Shown in pieces: positions 39,611 through 49,919 of a stretch of 64,000 nucleotides of DNA. The stretch's first letter is position 1. Each line of letters starts with the position of its first letter. The stretch is from a virus: positions 1 through 64,000 of IMG/VR virus record IMGVR_UViG_3300015050_000678. One strand, given 5' to 3'. Position numbers and translations under genes: made by a program. The notes under the pieces were generated by a model. It made no database searches, was not told where the DNA came from, and worked only from the letters and a program-made list of their open reading frames with translations.

Positions 39611-40279
39611 ATGGGAAGAATTATATTAGCAATCGGTAATCCTGGTTCAGGAAAATCAAGAGCTATTTTGAATTTAGATGAGAATACAACTCTATTAATT
39701 AAACCTAATAGAAAAGAATTACCTTTTAAAGGTGGTGCTGTGAAATACAGTGTAGAAAAAGGCAATGTTGTTAATTGTGGTACTTTTCCAGAGCTTAAAA
39801 GTTTATTGACCAAAGCTAATGCTGGAACCAAATTTAAAACAATTGTTATTGAAGATTTTACTCATTTTTTAACTAATAGAGTTATGGCAGACTCTAAGAT
39901 TAATGGTTTTCAAAAGTGGAGTGATTTGGCCCTTGATGTATTTCAAGGACTTATTAAAATGGAAGAACAATTACGTGATGATTTAAATGTGATAGTGATA
40001 GGACATACTGAAAGAAGTACTAATATGAATGGTGATACTGAAATTACTCTACAAACTGTAGGTAAATTATTAGATAACCAAATCAAAATACCTTCTTACT
40101 TTACTTATGTTCTACATGCTGATGTGAAAGAAGTGAATGGAAAAATGGAATATTCATTTTTAACTAATTATGATGGATTAAGATTAGCTAAATCACCGGA
40201 AGGTTGTTTAGAAAAATTTGAACCAAATGACTATAAGTTAATATTGGATAAAATAGCAAAACATCAATTAGGGGAATAA
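39611..40279 (+). CDS. AAA-family ATPase (Sak4/AAA_24-like)
   Basis: GNPGSGKS, IVIED, VIGH, AKSP. Confidence 0.75.
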   Translation: MGRIILAIGNPGSGKSRAILNLDENTTLLIKPNRKELPFKGGAVKYSVEKGNVVNCGTFPELKSLLTKANAGTKFKTIVIEDFTHFLTNRVMADSKINGFQKWSDLALDVFQGLIKMEEQLRDDLNVIVIGHTERSTNMNGDTEITLQTVGKLLDNQIKIPSYFTYVLHADVKEVNGKMEYSFLTNYDGLRLAKSPEGCLEKFEPNDYKLILDKIAKHQLGE

Positions 40280-40317
40280 TATCTTCTATAAATTTAAATC
40301 ATTAAAAATATAAAATT

Positions 40318-40908
40318 ATGTACGGTTTTGAAAACGCAGAAGTATCTAAAGGTAATTACAAAGAAACAATTAAACCAGGAATTAATCTAGTTAAAGTTGT
40401 TAAAATTGAAAACGGTTTAAGCTCTAAAGCTCAAGCTCCACAATTAACTATTACAGTAGAAGATGCACATGGTGCAGAATTAGCTAATAGTTATTCATTA
40501 AATACAACAATTAATCCTGGTAAAAAAATGTCTGGATGGGATGTAACTAAAAATGCAATCTTATCAATAGTTGCTGCAGCTAATTCATTAGATGAAGCTT
40601 CTGCTAAAGCTAAAATGCCTAATGCTAAATCTGCTGAAGAATTAGCTCAAAAATTAGCAATGTTAGTTGTTGGTAAAGAATTTAGATTAAAGGTTACTGG
40701 TGAAGAAAAGATTTCTCAGAAAGGTACTAAATATGTAGCTTCATCATTTGGTAATGGTGTATTCTGTGAATCTAAACAAGTAGCTGAAACTGAAAGTAAG
40801 TTATTCTTTAATGCTGAGAAAAACATTAAGAAACTAGCTATTGAACCAGCTAGTACTACTACAGATACTACATTCAGTAGTCCTGCAGCTGATTCAGTTG
40901 TATTTTAA
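40318..40908 (+). CDS. Putative single-stranded DNA-binding protein
   Basis: Beta-rich body, low-complexity tail ending DSVVF; follows the AAA ATPase. Confidence 0.55.
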   Translation: MYGFENAEVSKGNYKETIKPGINLVKVVKIENGLSSKAQAPQLTITVEDAHGAELANSYSLNTTINPGKKMSGWDVTKNAILSIVAAANSLDEASAKAKMPNAKSAEELAQKLAMLVVGKEFRLKVTGEEKISQKGTKYVASSFGNGVFCESKQVAETESKLFFNAEKNIKKLAIEPASTTTDTTFSSPAADSVVF

Positions 40909-40926
40909 TAATTAAGTAATAATAAA

Positions 40927-40997
40927 GTAAGGTACCCGTATTGCGAAGTAGGGCTAAGTTAGATACAATTTCTTCTGCAAGAAGTAGAATGCCTTAC
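40927..40997 (+). ncRNA. Candidate three-way-junction RNA element upstream of primase
   Basis: Closing stem GTAAGGTA/TGCCTTAC with two internal hairpins. Confidence 0.35.
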
Positions 40998-41024
40998 CTA
41001 TTATTACTTATTAAATTTTAATCT

Positions 41025-42017
41025 ATGTTCAACTTTGATAATGCAAGTTTACAAATAACAAAAGATGAAATACTTAAATATATTACAGAGTTACAAATAT
41101 TAGAAAGATATTGTGCTAATTATAAAGAGATAGATACTAGTTTTAAATCAGAATTTTATTCAGATAAAAATGCTAGTTGTAGAATATTAATTAGTGGAAA
41201 TGGAATACCTTATTACAAAGATTATGGTAATGGAGATTATTTTCTAGCATTTGATTATGTAAGTAGAAAGTATGGATCTAATTATCATGAAACTTGTAAT
41301 ATCATAGCTAATGACTTTGGATTAAAGAGAACTAATTTAAATGTAACACCTCAATTATTATTGAGTAACGACACTCCTAAATTAGTTAAAACTAAATCTA
41401 ATATTCAAGTAATTGTTAAACCATTTAGTTTAATAGATTATGATTATTGGTTACAATATGGTATTTCTTTAACTACATTACAATTCTTTAATGTTAAAGC
41501 TGTAAGTCATGTTTATCTAAATAAAGGAGATAAACATTATGTATTTGAGTATAAAAATAGTAGTCCTTTATATTCTTATAAGTTCTTTAAAAATGCTACA
41601 GAATATCTTAAAATCTATAATCCTTATTCGATTACTAAAGAAGGTAAGTGGTTAAGTAATGTAGGTTCAGATTGTTTGCAGGGTTATGATCAATTGCCAG
41701 CAACAGGAGATTTGCTTATTATTACTAAAAGCTTAAAAGATGTTTTATGTTTTTATGAGTTAGGTATATCAGCAGTAGGATTACAGGCTGAAACTAATAA
41801 GATGAGTAAGAAGTCTTTTGATGAGTTAACTAATAGATTTAAACGAGTTATTTTACTATTAGATAATGATGATCAAGGTTATAACTCAACTTGTGAATTC
41901 TTATTAACTTACGATATAGAGTTTTTATTTATACCTACTGAAAAAGATATATCGGATTATGTCAAAAAATACAGCTTAAAAAAAGCTGAAAAATTAATTA
42001 AAAATAAATTATTATGA
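41025..42017 (+). CDS. DnaG-type (TOPRIM) primase
   Basis: YKDYG, LIITKSLKDV, LLDNDDQG, KDISD. Confidence 0.85.
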   Translation: MFNFDNASLQITKDEILKYITELQILERYCANYKEIDTSFKSEFYSDKNASCRILISGNGIPYYKDYGNGDYFLAFDYVSRKYGSNYHETCNIIANDFGLKRTNLNVTPQLLLSNDTPKLVKTKSNIQVIVKPFSLIDYDYWLQYGISLTTLQFFNVKAVSHVYLNKGDKHYVFEYKNSSPLYSYKFFKNATEYLKIYNPYSITKEGKWLSNVGSDCLQGYDQLPATGDLLIITKSLKDVLCFYELGISAVGLQAETNKMSKKSFDELTNRFKRVILLLDNDDQGYNSTCEFLLTYDIEFLFIPTEKDISDYVKKYSLKKAEKLIKNKLL

Positions 42018-42176
42018 AAAATATTTGGATTCTAAGTTTAATAGTGTGTATATTTACATGTGTGGTAACAATATTATGTATACTATCATATCATTTTATA
42101 TTTGCTAGTATAAATTTCATATTAGCAATTTGTAACTTTTCTTTTGTTATAATTGGTTTAGAAAATAAAAAATAAA

Positions 42177-42473
42177 ATGACAAATTTAACCTGGACAGAA
42201 TTTTGTGATAAGTATTCTCCAATAAAGAATACTTTAGAAAAAGATACTCCCGTAGATGGATTCTTATTCTTAGATAAAGATCAAATTAGTGATATTCCTT
42301 TGGGAAGAATATGGACATTAATTGAAGATACGATAAAAGATGATATGTATATTACTAATGGAGCTAGAGTAATTAATGCTCATGGTTGGTTAGTAACTAG
42401 AGAATCATGGGAGTTAGATGAATTAACTGAAGTCAGACTTGTTGAAGCTGATATAAAACAAGAAGAAGAATAA
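42177..42473 (+). CDS. Hypothetical protein
   Basis: 98 aa ORF. Confidence 0.6.
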   Translation: MTNLTWTEFCDKYSPIKNTLEKDTPVDGFLFLDKDQISDIPLGRIWTLIEDTIKDDMYITNGARVINAHGWLVTRESWELDELTEVRLVEADIKQEEE

Positions 42474-42475
42474 TT

Positions 42476-42850
42476 ATGGAAATAGCAATAGATTTTGATG
42501 GGACTTGTGTAACTCACGCTTATCCTAAAGTAGGTAAAGATATTGGAGCTTTAGATATTTTAAAAAAGCTAATTGAAAATAAGCATAATCTAATACTTTA
42601 TACAATGCGAAGTGGTAAAGAATTAGACGATGCTATTAATTGGTTTAAAGAAAATAATATTAAACTTTACGGTATTCAATTTAATCCTACACAGAAAGAT
42701 TGGACTAGTAGTAATAAGTGTTATGCTCAATTATATATTGATGATGCAGCACTTGGATGTCCATTAAGTATAGATTTAACAATTTCAAATAGACCATTTG
42801 TAAATTGGGTAATAGTAGAATCTTTATTATTAAATAAAGGAATTATATGA
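42476..42850 (+). CDS. HAD-superfamily hydrolase-like protein
   Basis: IAIDFDGT, LYTMR, YIDD. Confidence 0.8.
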   Translation: MEIAIDFDGTCVTHAYPKVGKDIGALDILKKLIENKHNLILYTMRSGKELDDAINWFKENNIKLYGIQFNPTQKDWTSSNKCYAQLYIDDAALGCPLSIDLTISNRPFVNWVIVESLLLNKGII

Positions 42851-43281
42851 TGGAGAAAATTAAAATTAGTTTTGAACCAAATGAGATTTGGAATAATGAA
42901 GACTTTAGACAATTAATTAAAGCCTTAAATGAGAATGATTATTCAGCTAAAGGATTTGAATATGAATTATGGATTATTACTACTAATAGTAGTTTAGCAT
43001 ATATCAATGCAATAGCTACACAGTATAATATTCCTAATGATAGAGTATTAATGGCTTTAAATGATTCTACTAAAGTAGGATTAATTACATTAAATACAGA
43101 TATTCATTTTGATGGAGATTATACAATAATTCATTCATTAGAAACTACTAAAACACATGGAATATTTGTTGATCGTAAGATTGCTTATAATGCTATGGGT
43201 TTAAAGTATATTAAAGATTTAGATACCTGGACAGGTATTATAATAAGAGAAAGAGATGGTGAGAAGACTAAACCCTGTTAA
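42847..43281 (+). CDS. Hypothetical protein (possibly degenerate HAD fold)
   Basis: ISFE...LWIITT...IHFDGD pattern. Confidence 0.45.
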   Translation: MMEKIKISFEPNEIWNNEDFRQLIKALNENDYSAKGFEYELWIITTNSSLAYINAIATQYNIPNDRVLMALNDSTKVGLITLNTDIHFDGDYTIIHSLETTKTHGIFVDRKIAYNAMGLKYIKDLDTWTGIIIRERDGEKTKPC

Positions 43282-43831
43282 AGCTAGATTTAAAGTTGGA
43301 CCTAAACCTAAAAAGAAAGCAGTTCCTCATGGAGTACCCGTAGTTCATGATGGAGTTCAATTAAGATCTGGATTAGAGAAAATATGCTATCAGGCTTTAC
43401 AGAAAGCTGGTATAACAGACTTTAAATATGAAGATGATATATTTGAACTACAAGGTAAATTTGAAGCAACAGGAAGTTGTTATCAGCTTTATAAAAGAAT
43501 GATGTCTTATGATGAAGCTCAAGCTGCAGGAATCAATGCTAGATTTAAAGATAAGTCTAAATCTAAATATGTATTTCAATTTGGTGAAGTAACTAATAAA
43601 ATGAGAGCAATTACTATTAAACCTGATTTTAGTAGATTAGATAAAGATACTAAAACTGGTTATGTAATTGAAACTAAGGGAGATTACACGAATGAATATC
43701 TTCTTAAATTAAGATTGTTCAAATACTGGTGGACTATGAATGGTTGGACTATAGATTATTTTGCACCAAATAATTTAACTAATGTAAACAAATGTATTAA
43801 ACTAATTAAAACTAAATATTATGGATTATAG
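43256..43831 (+). CDS. PD-(D/E)xK endonuclease (T7 endonuclease I-like)
   Basis: RSGLE...YE...KPDF...IETKG. Confidence 0.7.
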   Translation: MVRRLNPVKARFKVGPKPKKKAVPHGVPVVHDGVQLRSGLEKICYQALQKAGITDFKYEDDIFELQGKFEATGSCYQLYKRMMSYDEAQAAGINARFKDKSKSKYVFQFGEVTNKMRAITIKPDFSRLDKDTKTGYVIETKGDYTNEYLLKLRLFKYWWTMNGWTIDYFAPNNLTNVNKCIKLIKTKYYGL

Positions 43832-44303
43832 AGAGAAGTATCATGTAGCTAGAAAGCTATTATTTATAACAATGCTAGGAATTACTGCATATTTTGTATT
43901 AAAAAATACAGTATTTAATAAAGAAGAACCAACTCCTGAGTTAGCTAAACCTAGTAATGTAGTAGATACTGTAAGAATTGAAAGTTTTAGTGAAGTTAAA
44001 TTAATACAATATATGGAAGTTTTAGAAATGAAACATCCTAATATTGTATTAGCTCAAGCTAAATTAGAATCTGGTAATTTTACTGCTCCAAGATTTATAA
44101 AACATAATGCTTTATTTGGATTTCAAACATCTGATACAAACATTATTAAATATAAATCTTGGAAAGAATCTGTTATACATTATAGGTGTATGCAAATGAG
44201 GAGATTAAAACCTAATGAAGATTATTATAGTTTCTTAGTTAGAATTCATTATGCAGCAGATAGTAATTATATTTATAAATTAAAACAATTTAAAGATGCC
44301 TAA
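43821..44303 (+). CDS. Glucosaminidase-type peptidoglycan hydrolase with N-terminal anchor
   Basis: N-terminal TM; VLAQAKLESG, ALFG, YAADSNY. Confidence 0.75.
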   Translation: MDYREKYHVARKLLFITMLGITAYFVLKNTVFNKEEPTPELAKPSNVVDTVRIESFSEVKLIQYMEVLEMKHPNIVLAQAKLESGNFTAPRFIKHNALFGFQTSDTNIIKYKSWKESVIHYRCMQMRRLKPNEDYYSFLVRIHYAADSNYIYKLKQFKDA

Positions 44304-44529
44304 AATACATACAGCTAAATTACTTTTAGCAAATAAAGAAACATTTGATCTTGAGTATTCTACAGTTTCTAAAAATGATGCTTTAGAATCTATGATTGAA
44401 TTTGCTAAACTTCATGTAGAAGCTGCTTTGAAAAATTGTTTAGATAAATATCACCATTCAATAAAAGAAGGTTATGATTTTGGAAGCAGTGAAATTATGA
44501 ATTCTTACCCATTAACTAATATAAAATGA
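44296..44529 (+). CDS. Hypothetical phage protein
   Basis: MIEFAKLHVEAAL...NSYPLTNIK motif. Confidence 0.6.
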   Translation: MPKIHTAKLLLANKETFDLEYSTVSKNDALESMIEFAKLHVEAALKNCLDKYHHSIKEGYDFGSSEIMNSYPLTNIK

Positions 44530-44711
44530 GCCAAACTAAAAAACAACAAGAAGAGGTAAAACAAGCAATGCTTCAATCTCCACCTAAAAAATATGGAAAA
44601 GATAATTATCTTTTTGATATAGCAGGTTGTCCAGGATATGAAGGGTATATACCTGAAAATTTATCTCATGAAGTGTGTAAATATTGTGGACAAATTCATT
44701 ATTATCATTAA
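44526..44711 (+). CDS. Small Cys/His protein
   Basis: C...CKYCG..HYYH. Confidence 0.5.
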   Translation: MSQTKKQQEEVKQAMLQSPPKKYGKDNYLFDIAGCPGYEGYIPENLSHEVCKYCGQIHYYH

Positions 44712-44872
44712 CTAATATAAAATAAATATGCCTAAAGTAGATTATGCCGATTTAGAATCAGTTACAAAGTTTTTAGATAAATTAGCAAGTGCAAAATATG
44801 CAGTTGATCCTGCTAAATGTAAAGAATTATCTAAAATGATTAAAGATAAATACACTAAAATAAAACCACACT

Positions 44873-45109
44873 ATGATAAAGATTAATAAAAATATTCCAG
44901 TACCTGCTTATTTATTAGAAAAAGGTAATAATAGTAAATATCCATTTAGATTAATGGATGTGGGTGATAGTTTTTTATACAGAAAACCAATAACAAAACA
45001 AAATTTATTATTAGCACGAGCTATTGCTAGTAAGGTTAGTAAAAACCTCAATAAAGGTTTTAAATGTGGTCAGTTTAATAATACTATAAGAATTTGGAGA
45101 ACAATATGA
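44873..45109 (+). CDS. Hypothetical phage protein
   Basis: KYPF..MDVGDSF...IRIWR motif. Confidence 0.6.
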   Translation: MIKINKNIPVPAYLLEKGNNSKYPFRLMDVGDSFLYRKPITKQNLLLARAIASKVSKNLNKGFKCGQFNNTIRIWRTI

Positions 45110-45867
45110 TAGGATTAATTGATGCAGATTTTATACCATACATTGTGTGTTATAATAAAGTAGGTGAACCTGAAAAAACATTGGAAGAAGCTATTAGTTC
45201 AGCTAATAGTTATCTTTCAGGTTTAATTAATGGTACTAGTATAGATGAATTTCATTTGTATTTTACTATCGGTTCCAATTTTCGTTATCAGGTATACCCT
45301 GAATATAAAGCTAATAGAAAGAATAATGAGAAACCACCTTTCTTTAATGAAGTAAGAGAATACTTAGTTAAAGAATATAATGGTATTCATGGTTATAATC
45401 TAGAAGCAGATGATATACTTAATATTTATAAGAATAAGTATATTAAAGAACAAGTAAGTTATATTGTAATATCTACTGATAAAGATATTAATAACTTAGT
45501 TGGATTAAATTATGATATTAAAAATAATGTTGCAAGACTAGTGGATAAAAATTATGCTGAAGAATATTTTTGGAAAAGTATGATTACTGGTGATACTGCA
45601 GATAATATTAAAGGATTACCTGGTAAAGGTCCTAAATTTGCAGATAGCTTAATTAATAATCCTATAGCATTATCTCAAAAAGTAAGTAATTCTCAATTAG
45701 TATTATTTCAATATATTGAGAAATTTGGTGAAGAAGTTGGAATTGATGAATTTTATAAAAATTATAAATGTTTGAAAATAAAAGATTTTGATGAAAATGT
45801 AACATTTATAAACCCTATAAAAAGCACTGAAGTTTATGCAAAAACGCTTAATGTGGCTAGAGAATAA
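45094..45867 (+). CDS. 5'-3' exonuclease (PolI/T7 gp6-like)
   Basis: LIDAD, YKANR, LEADD, STDKD, GDTADNIKGLPGKG. Confidence 0.88.
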   Translation: MENNMIGLIDADFIPYIVCYNKVGEPEKTLEEAISSANSYLSGLINGTSIDEFHLYFTIGSNFRYQVYPEYKANRKNNEKPPFFNEVREYLVKEYNGIHGYNLEADDILNIYKNKYIKEQVSYIVISTDKDINNLVGLNYDIKNNVARLVDKNYAEEYFWKSMITGDTADNIKGLPGKGPKFADSLINNPIALSQKVSNSQLVLFQYIEKFGEEVGIDEFYKNYKCLKIKDFDENVTFINPIKSTEVYAKTLNVARE

Positions 45868-46402
45868 TGGCTATACTAATGAGAATGTAGTTACTCACAC
45901 AAAGACTACAAGATTTCTGATGCCATTAATTGGTATATCAGAATTTAGTTTAGAACATATAAATCCTAAACTATTAATTAATGCACATTGTGCAAGTACT
46001 GATGATAAATTAATTTATATCATTCTAAATAAATTCCACTTTCCTGAAGAAGCTGAAAGTTATTTAGAATTACAAAATTTAAATGAACATTTTATTGATT
46101 ACATTGATGAAGAACAAGAGTATATTTTAATATATAAAATACCTCAACATTTTGAAGATGATTATATAAAAATATTAAAAGGTGATTATTCATTAACTTC
46201 TGAACATTATAAACAAGTAATGATTAGAGTATATGGAATTACTCAACATAAAGATAACCACCAAGCTACTGTTTATGATGTATTATATCCTACAGAATTT
46301 AAACGTAAACAATTAGCTGAAAGAGTGGAACATGATATTACAGAAATTATAGAAGTATGTAGTAAACCAGATATGGATTATGAAATATTTAAAACCAATT
46401 GA
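45836..46402 (+). CDS. Hypothetical protein
   Basis: 188 aa, coupled ORF. Confidence 0.6.
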   Translation: MQKRLMWLENNGYTNENVVTHTKTTRFLMPLIGISEFSLEHINPKLLINAHCASTDDKLIYIILNKFHFPEEAESYLELQNLNEHFIDYIDEEQEYILIYKIPQHFEDDYIKILKGDYSLTSEHYKQVMIRVYGITQHKDNHQATVYDVLYPTEFKRKQLAERVEHDITEIIEVCSKPDMDYEIFKTN

Positions 46403-46410
46403 ACAATTAA

Positions 46411-46635
46411 TTGAAAATTATGGAACATAAAGAAAGAGTTGAAGAATTAATGTTAAGTGGTAATATGAATAAGGAAAGAATGTTTCCTATTTTAAATAAA
46501 ATTGATAGGATCTGGACTGCCAATTCAGAACTTCAATTTTGTGAACTAGTTAGATTAATTGTTTTAGATAGTAGAACAGATTTAGATTTTACTAAAAAAT
46601 TAGATGAATACATAGATGAAAACAATATTAAATAA
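46411..46635 (+). CDS. Hypothetical protein
   Basis: 74 aa ORF. Confidence 0.5.
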   Translation: MKIMEHKERVEELMLSGNMNKERMFPILNKIDRIWTANSELQFCELVRLIVLDSRTDLDFTKKLDEYIDENNIK

Positions 46636-47431
46636 TTACACAATAGATGACTTTTTAAAACTTAAACCTATTATATATGAATATTGTTGTAATCTAACTC
46701 AAAAGAAGAATTCAACAACTTGGTATAGAGATTTTGCTGCGGCAGATGATTTATACCAAGATTTATATATAAAAGCACATACTACTTATTTTAATAAACC
46801 TAAAGAACCAATTGTGTATGAAAGATTTGTTCAACGTATGAAAAATCTTACATTTTACACACACACTAATAATTTTTATAAAAAAGGAGCTAAACTTATA
46901 AATAAAACAAATCACTTTCAAGATACTTTTAAAAGTGAATTTTTATTTGAAAGTACACATTTTGAAGAACCTTTATATTTTGAAAATATCCAGGATCATC
47001 CAGATTATGCTTTTTATATGAAGAATCTTAAATTTAATGAAAGATTGGCTATACAATATTTTTTAAATGGTTATACTAAAACAGAAGTAGCTAAAAAGTT
47101 TAATAAGACATATCCTTTTATACCAAACATTGTTAAAAAAATTGAAAGTAATATGTTAGCTGATAAATTTTCTAAATCTATTGTAAAACCTAGTGTAAAA
47201 AAAATAATTAGAGATAAAATAGAAATAGATGATATTTCATTTTTAAAATCTAAAATATCTAATTTTGATATTATATTTAAAAACGATAAATTTGTTAAAT
47301 TATATTCATTATATTTACAAGGTTTTGATCATAAAATAATAGCTAAGAAATTAGATAAATCAGTATCTCAAGTTAATGTTGAGATTTATAGAATCAATAA
47401 GAAAATTAAACAAGATGATAGTACAAAATAA
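46616..47431 (+). CDS. Sigma-70/ECF-like factor with two region-4-like HTHs
   Basis: ADDLYQDLYIK (region 2-like); GYTKTEVAKKFN and GFDHKIIAKKLDKSVSQVNVEIYR. Confidence 0.6.
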   Translation: MKTILNNYTIDDFLKLKPIIYEYCCNLTQKKNSTTWYRDFAAADDLYQDLYIKAHTTYFNKPKEPIVYERFVQRMKNLTFYTHTNNFYKKGAKLINKTNHFQDTFKSEFLFESTHFEEPLYFENIQDHPDYAFYMKNLKFNERLAIQYFLNGYTKTEVAKKFNKTYPFIPNIVKKIESNMLADKFSKSIVKPSVKKIIRDKIEIDDISFLKSKISNFDIIFKNDKFVKLYSLYLQGFDHKIIAKKLDKSVSQVNVEIYRINKKIKQDDSTK

Positions 47432-47795
47432 ATATGAGGCCTCGAATGGTGTTCTTAAAGAGGTGTATCATTTTGAACAAGTTAAGGATGGGTGTAAACC
47501 TACTAAACAATCAGAAGGTAAATTATTCTATGAAATAGATTGGGAATTTATAGAAGGGATGGCCACTAGGATGGCTTTAAATAAACAAAATGGTAAATAT
47601 GATGTATTTGGATGGAGAGATAATGGTGTAGATGTTAGTGAAATGAATCAAGCTTTAGTAAGGCACTTAATTGCTATATTAAAGGGAGAATTACAAGATG
47701 ATGAACAACAATATTCACATTATTATGCTTTAGCATGTAACAGTATGCTAATAGTTAACTCTTTAAAAACTCAAAATAAACATGATACTAAATAA
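47376..47795 (+). CDS. dATP/dGTP diphosphohydrolase-like (DUF5664-type) protein
   Basis: EGK...KY...W...ALVRHL...H..ALACN. Confidence 0.65.
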   Translation: MLRFIESIRKLNKMIVQNKYEASNGVLKEVYHFEQVKDGCKPTKQSEGKLFYEIDWEFIEGMATRMALNKQNGKYDVFGWRDNGVDVSEMNQALVRHLIAILKGELQDDEQQYSHYYALACNSMLIVNSLKTQNKHDTK

Positions 47796-48873
47796 AATAC
47801 AACAACCAATTTATGATTGGTTATTATCAAAAAATAGTTACTTAAAATGTAGTCCCAAAGTAGTAGCTAAATATTATCGTAAAAAAGTAGACGTTAAACA
47901 TATAGTTATTGCTTTAGAGCAAGCTAGAATTGAAAGTAAAGCTAGAGAATCTGCTAAAAGTTTAGTTGAAAAAGTTAATAATAAAATTACATTTAAAAAT
48001 ATTAATAAAGATAAAATTACTCCAATTGTAGGTGTACATCGTGGATCTAAAATAAGTAAAGTTAAAATTATTAATGATTTTAAAATATCTAAACCTGTAA
48101 TTAGAGGGCATCGTTATTTAACTCCTGGGATGTATATTGTAATAGGATGTGCACATGCACCATTTCATTTACAACCTGCATTTAAAGCTGTTCAACAATT
48201 ATTAAGTGATAATAAATCCGACATTGTAGGTTTAGTATTAGATGGTGATTTTTTAGACATGAATTCACTCAGCTCTCATGATAAAGGTAGAAAACCTATT
48301 CCGGGTGTTACTTTAGATTGGGAGTATAAAGAATCTGAACAATTATTAGATAGTTTATTAGATCCTTTAGCTAGTAATATAGAAAAGATCTATATATTTG
48401 GAAATCATGAGGATAGGTATCATAGATATATGTCGGATATTGATAATTCTAAATTGGGTAGTTCATTAGAAGGACCTGTTTCAGGATTAAATTTAGTAAG
48501 TAAGGGGTTTGATATTTATGAAAATTGGAAAGAAGATTTTGTAACATTAGGTCATCATTTAGATGTTTCTCATGGAGAATTTTTCAATGTACACAGTGCT
48601 AAAAAACACATAGATACCTATAGAAGATCTATTTTATATTATCATACTCATAGAGTACAACAATATATTGAAGGTGCTGTAGGTGGATATAATGGTGGTT
48701 CTATGGCTGATTTTACAGCTCCTGTATTTGGATATGCATCTAGAGCTATGAAAAATAGTTGGTTAAATGGATTTAATGCTGTTCACGTAGATGAACAAGG
48801 ATTCTATCATATTCAGCAAATAGTTTGCTATAACAATAGCTTTGTATTTGGTAATAAAATTTATAAATATTAA
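47782..48873 (+). CDS. Calcineurin-like metallophosphoesterase
   Basis: GCAH, GDFLD, GNHE, SHG, HTHR. Confidence 0.8.
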   Translation: MILNKIQQPIYDWLLSKNSYLKCSPKVVAKYYRKKVDVKHIVIALEQARIESKARESAKSLVEKVNNKITFKNINKDKITPIVGVHRGSKISKVKIINDFKISKPVIRGHRYLTPGMYIVIGCAHAPFHLQPAFKAVQQLLSDNKSDIVGLVLDGDFLDMNSLSSHDKGRKPIPGVTLDWEYKESEQLLDSLLDPLASNIEKIYIFGNHEDRYHRYMSDIDNSKLGSSLEGPVSGLNLVSKGFDIYENWKEDFVTLGHHLDVSHGEFFNVHSAKKHIDTYRRSILYYHTHRVQQYIEGAVGGYNGGSMADFTAPVFGYASRAMKNSWLNGFNAVHVDEQGFYHIQQIVCYNNSFVFGNKIYKY

Positions 48874-48876
48874 ACT

Positions 48877-49236
48877 ATGAAAGGTATAACAACAAATAAA
48901 AGATGGCCTGGTAAAATTGTAGCTCAATTTTGGGATGTAACAACTAAACATAATAAAATTATAGGTGTTTTTAACACTAAAGAAGAAGCAGTTGATGCTA
49001 GAAATAATTTTATTGAAAACTTAACTAAATATAATGGTAAAGTATTACCTAAAATTAAAACATCACCTAAAGGTATTCGTATTAATATAGGTAAAAAGAA
49101 AACTTCTTATAGATCAGAAATATGTATTGCTCATGGTGTACATAAAATTACAACTACTACTATTTATTTAGGTAGTTTTAATACTTTACAAGAATCTGTA
49201 GATGTTCGTAAAAAATTTATTGATAAATTATATTAA
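48877..49236 (+). CDS. Tandem AP2-like domain protein
   Basis: Two repeats: IGVFNTKEEAVDAR and YLGSFNTLQESVDVR. Confidence 0.65.
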   Translation: MKGITTNKRWPGKIVAQFWDVTTKHNKIIGVFNTKEEAVDARNNFIENLTKYNGKVLPKIKTSPKGIRINIGKKKTSYRSEICIAHGVHKITTTTIYLGSFNTLQESVDVRKKFIDKLY

Positions 49237-49406
49237 TAAACACTTAACAGATAAAATAAAAACAAGATCGAGTTACACAATTTATTGTGAGTTATTCTAC
49301 TGACTTGCCTCTTAAATGACAAAACTGTAGGTGTGGGTTGAGCTTGAACAACCCTCTGTTATACTTAAAATTTAAAATAATGTTTAATTTATTAAAAAGA
49401 AAGAAA

Positions 49407-49835
49407 ATGAATATTGAAATTAATGGTGTTAAAATAACTTTAACGAAAGAACAATTGCAAGAAATTGCAAATCAAACTCAACAAGATATATTTACAGCAA
49501 CTACTTATCATGAAGTTTGTAAAAGATTAAATGAAAAAGAATTAGAATTTAAAGATTTTGCTTTTTTAAAACACGAAGATGTTAAAAAAGCATTAAATTT
49601 TGCTAGAATTAAACAATTAGAAAGATATTTTAATCAAGGGTGGATTCCAAATTGGTATGATTCTTCAGAGTATAAATATTATTTATGGTATCAATTTAAA
49701 AATAGTGGTTGGGTTTTCGATAGTGTCGACGACCGCGGCTACGGTTCTTATGCTGAGGTTGGTTTTTATAAAAATGAAAAAATTGCAAAACATATACAAG
49801 AATATTTCAATTCAGAGTACTTAAATGTACTTTAG
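49407..49835 (+). CDS. DGR target protein (variable region near C-terminus)
   Basis: ORF with probable ATG at 49407 (or 49380) containing the VR at 49703-49766. Confidence 0.8.
   Translation: MNIEINGVKITLTKEQLQEIANQTQQDIFTATTYHEVCKRLNEKELEFKDFAFLKHEDVKKALNFARIKQLERYFNQGWIPNWYDSSEYKYYLWYQFKNSGWVFDSVDDRGYGSYAEVGFYKNEKIAKHIQEYFNSEYLNVL
49703..49766 (+). repeat. DGR variable repeat (VR)
   Basis: 64 nt aligning without gaps to 49856-49919; differs only at template adenines. Confidence 0.88.
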
Positions 49836-49855
49836 TTTATAGTAAATAACTCTAT

Positions 49856-49919
49856 TAGTAGTTGAGTTTTCAATAGTGTCAACAACCACAACTACAATTC
49901 TAATACTGAAGTTAGTTAT
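49856..49919 (+). repeat. DGR template repeat (TR)
   Basis: AAC/AAT-rich non-coding copy; 15 mismatches to the VR, all at A; 41 of 41 non-A positions identical. Confidence 0.88.

Noticed and set aside
47376-47795. Z-base (2-aminoadenine) genome pathway suggested by the DUF5664-like gene
   Set aside because: No PurZ-like or DatZ-like gene in the window; the domain alone is insufficient.
49856-49919. TR as a neutral duplicate decaying by AT-biased drift
   Set aside because: Drift should also give C>T changes and indels; all 10 C positions are conserved and every mismatch is at a TR adenine.
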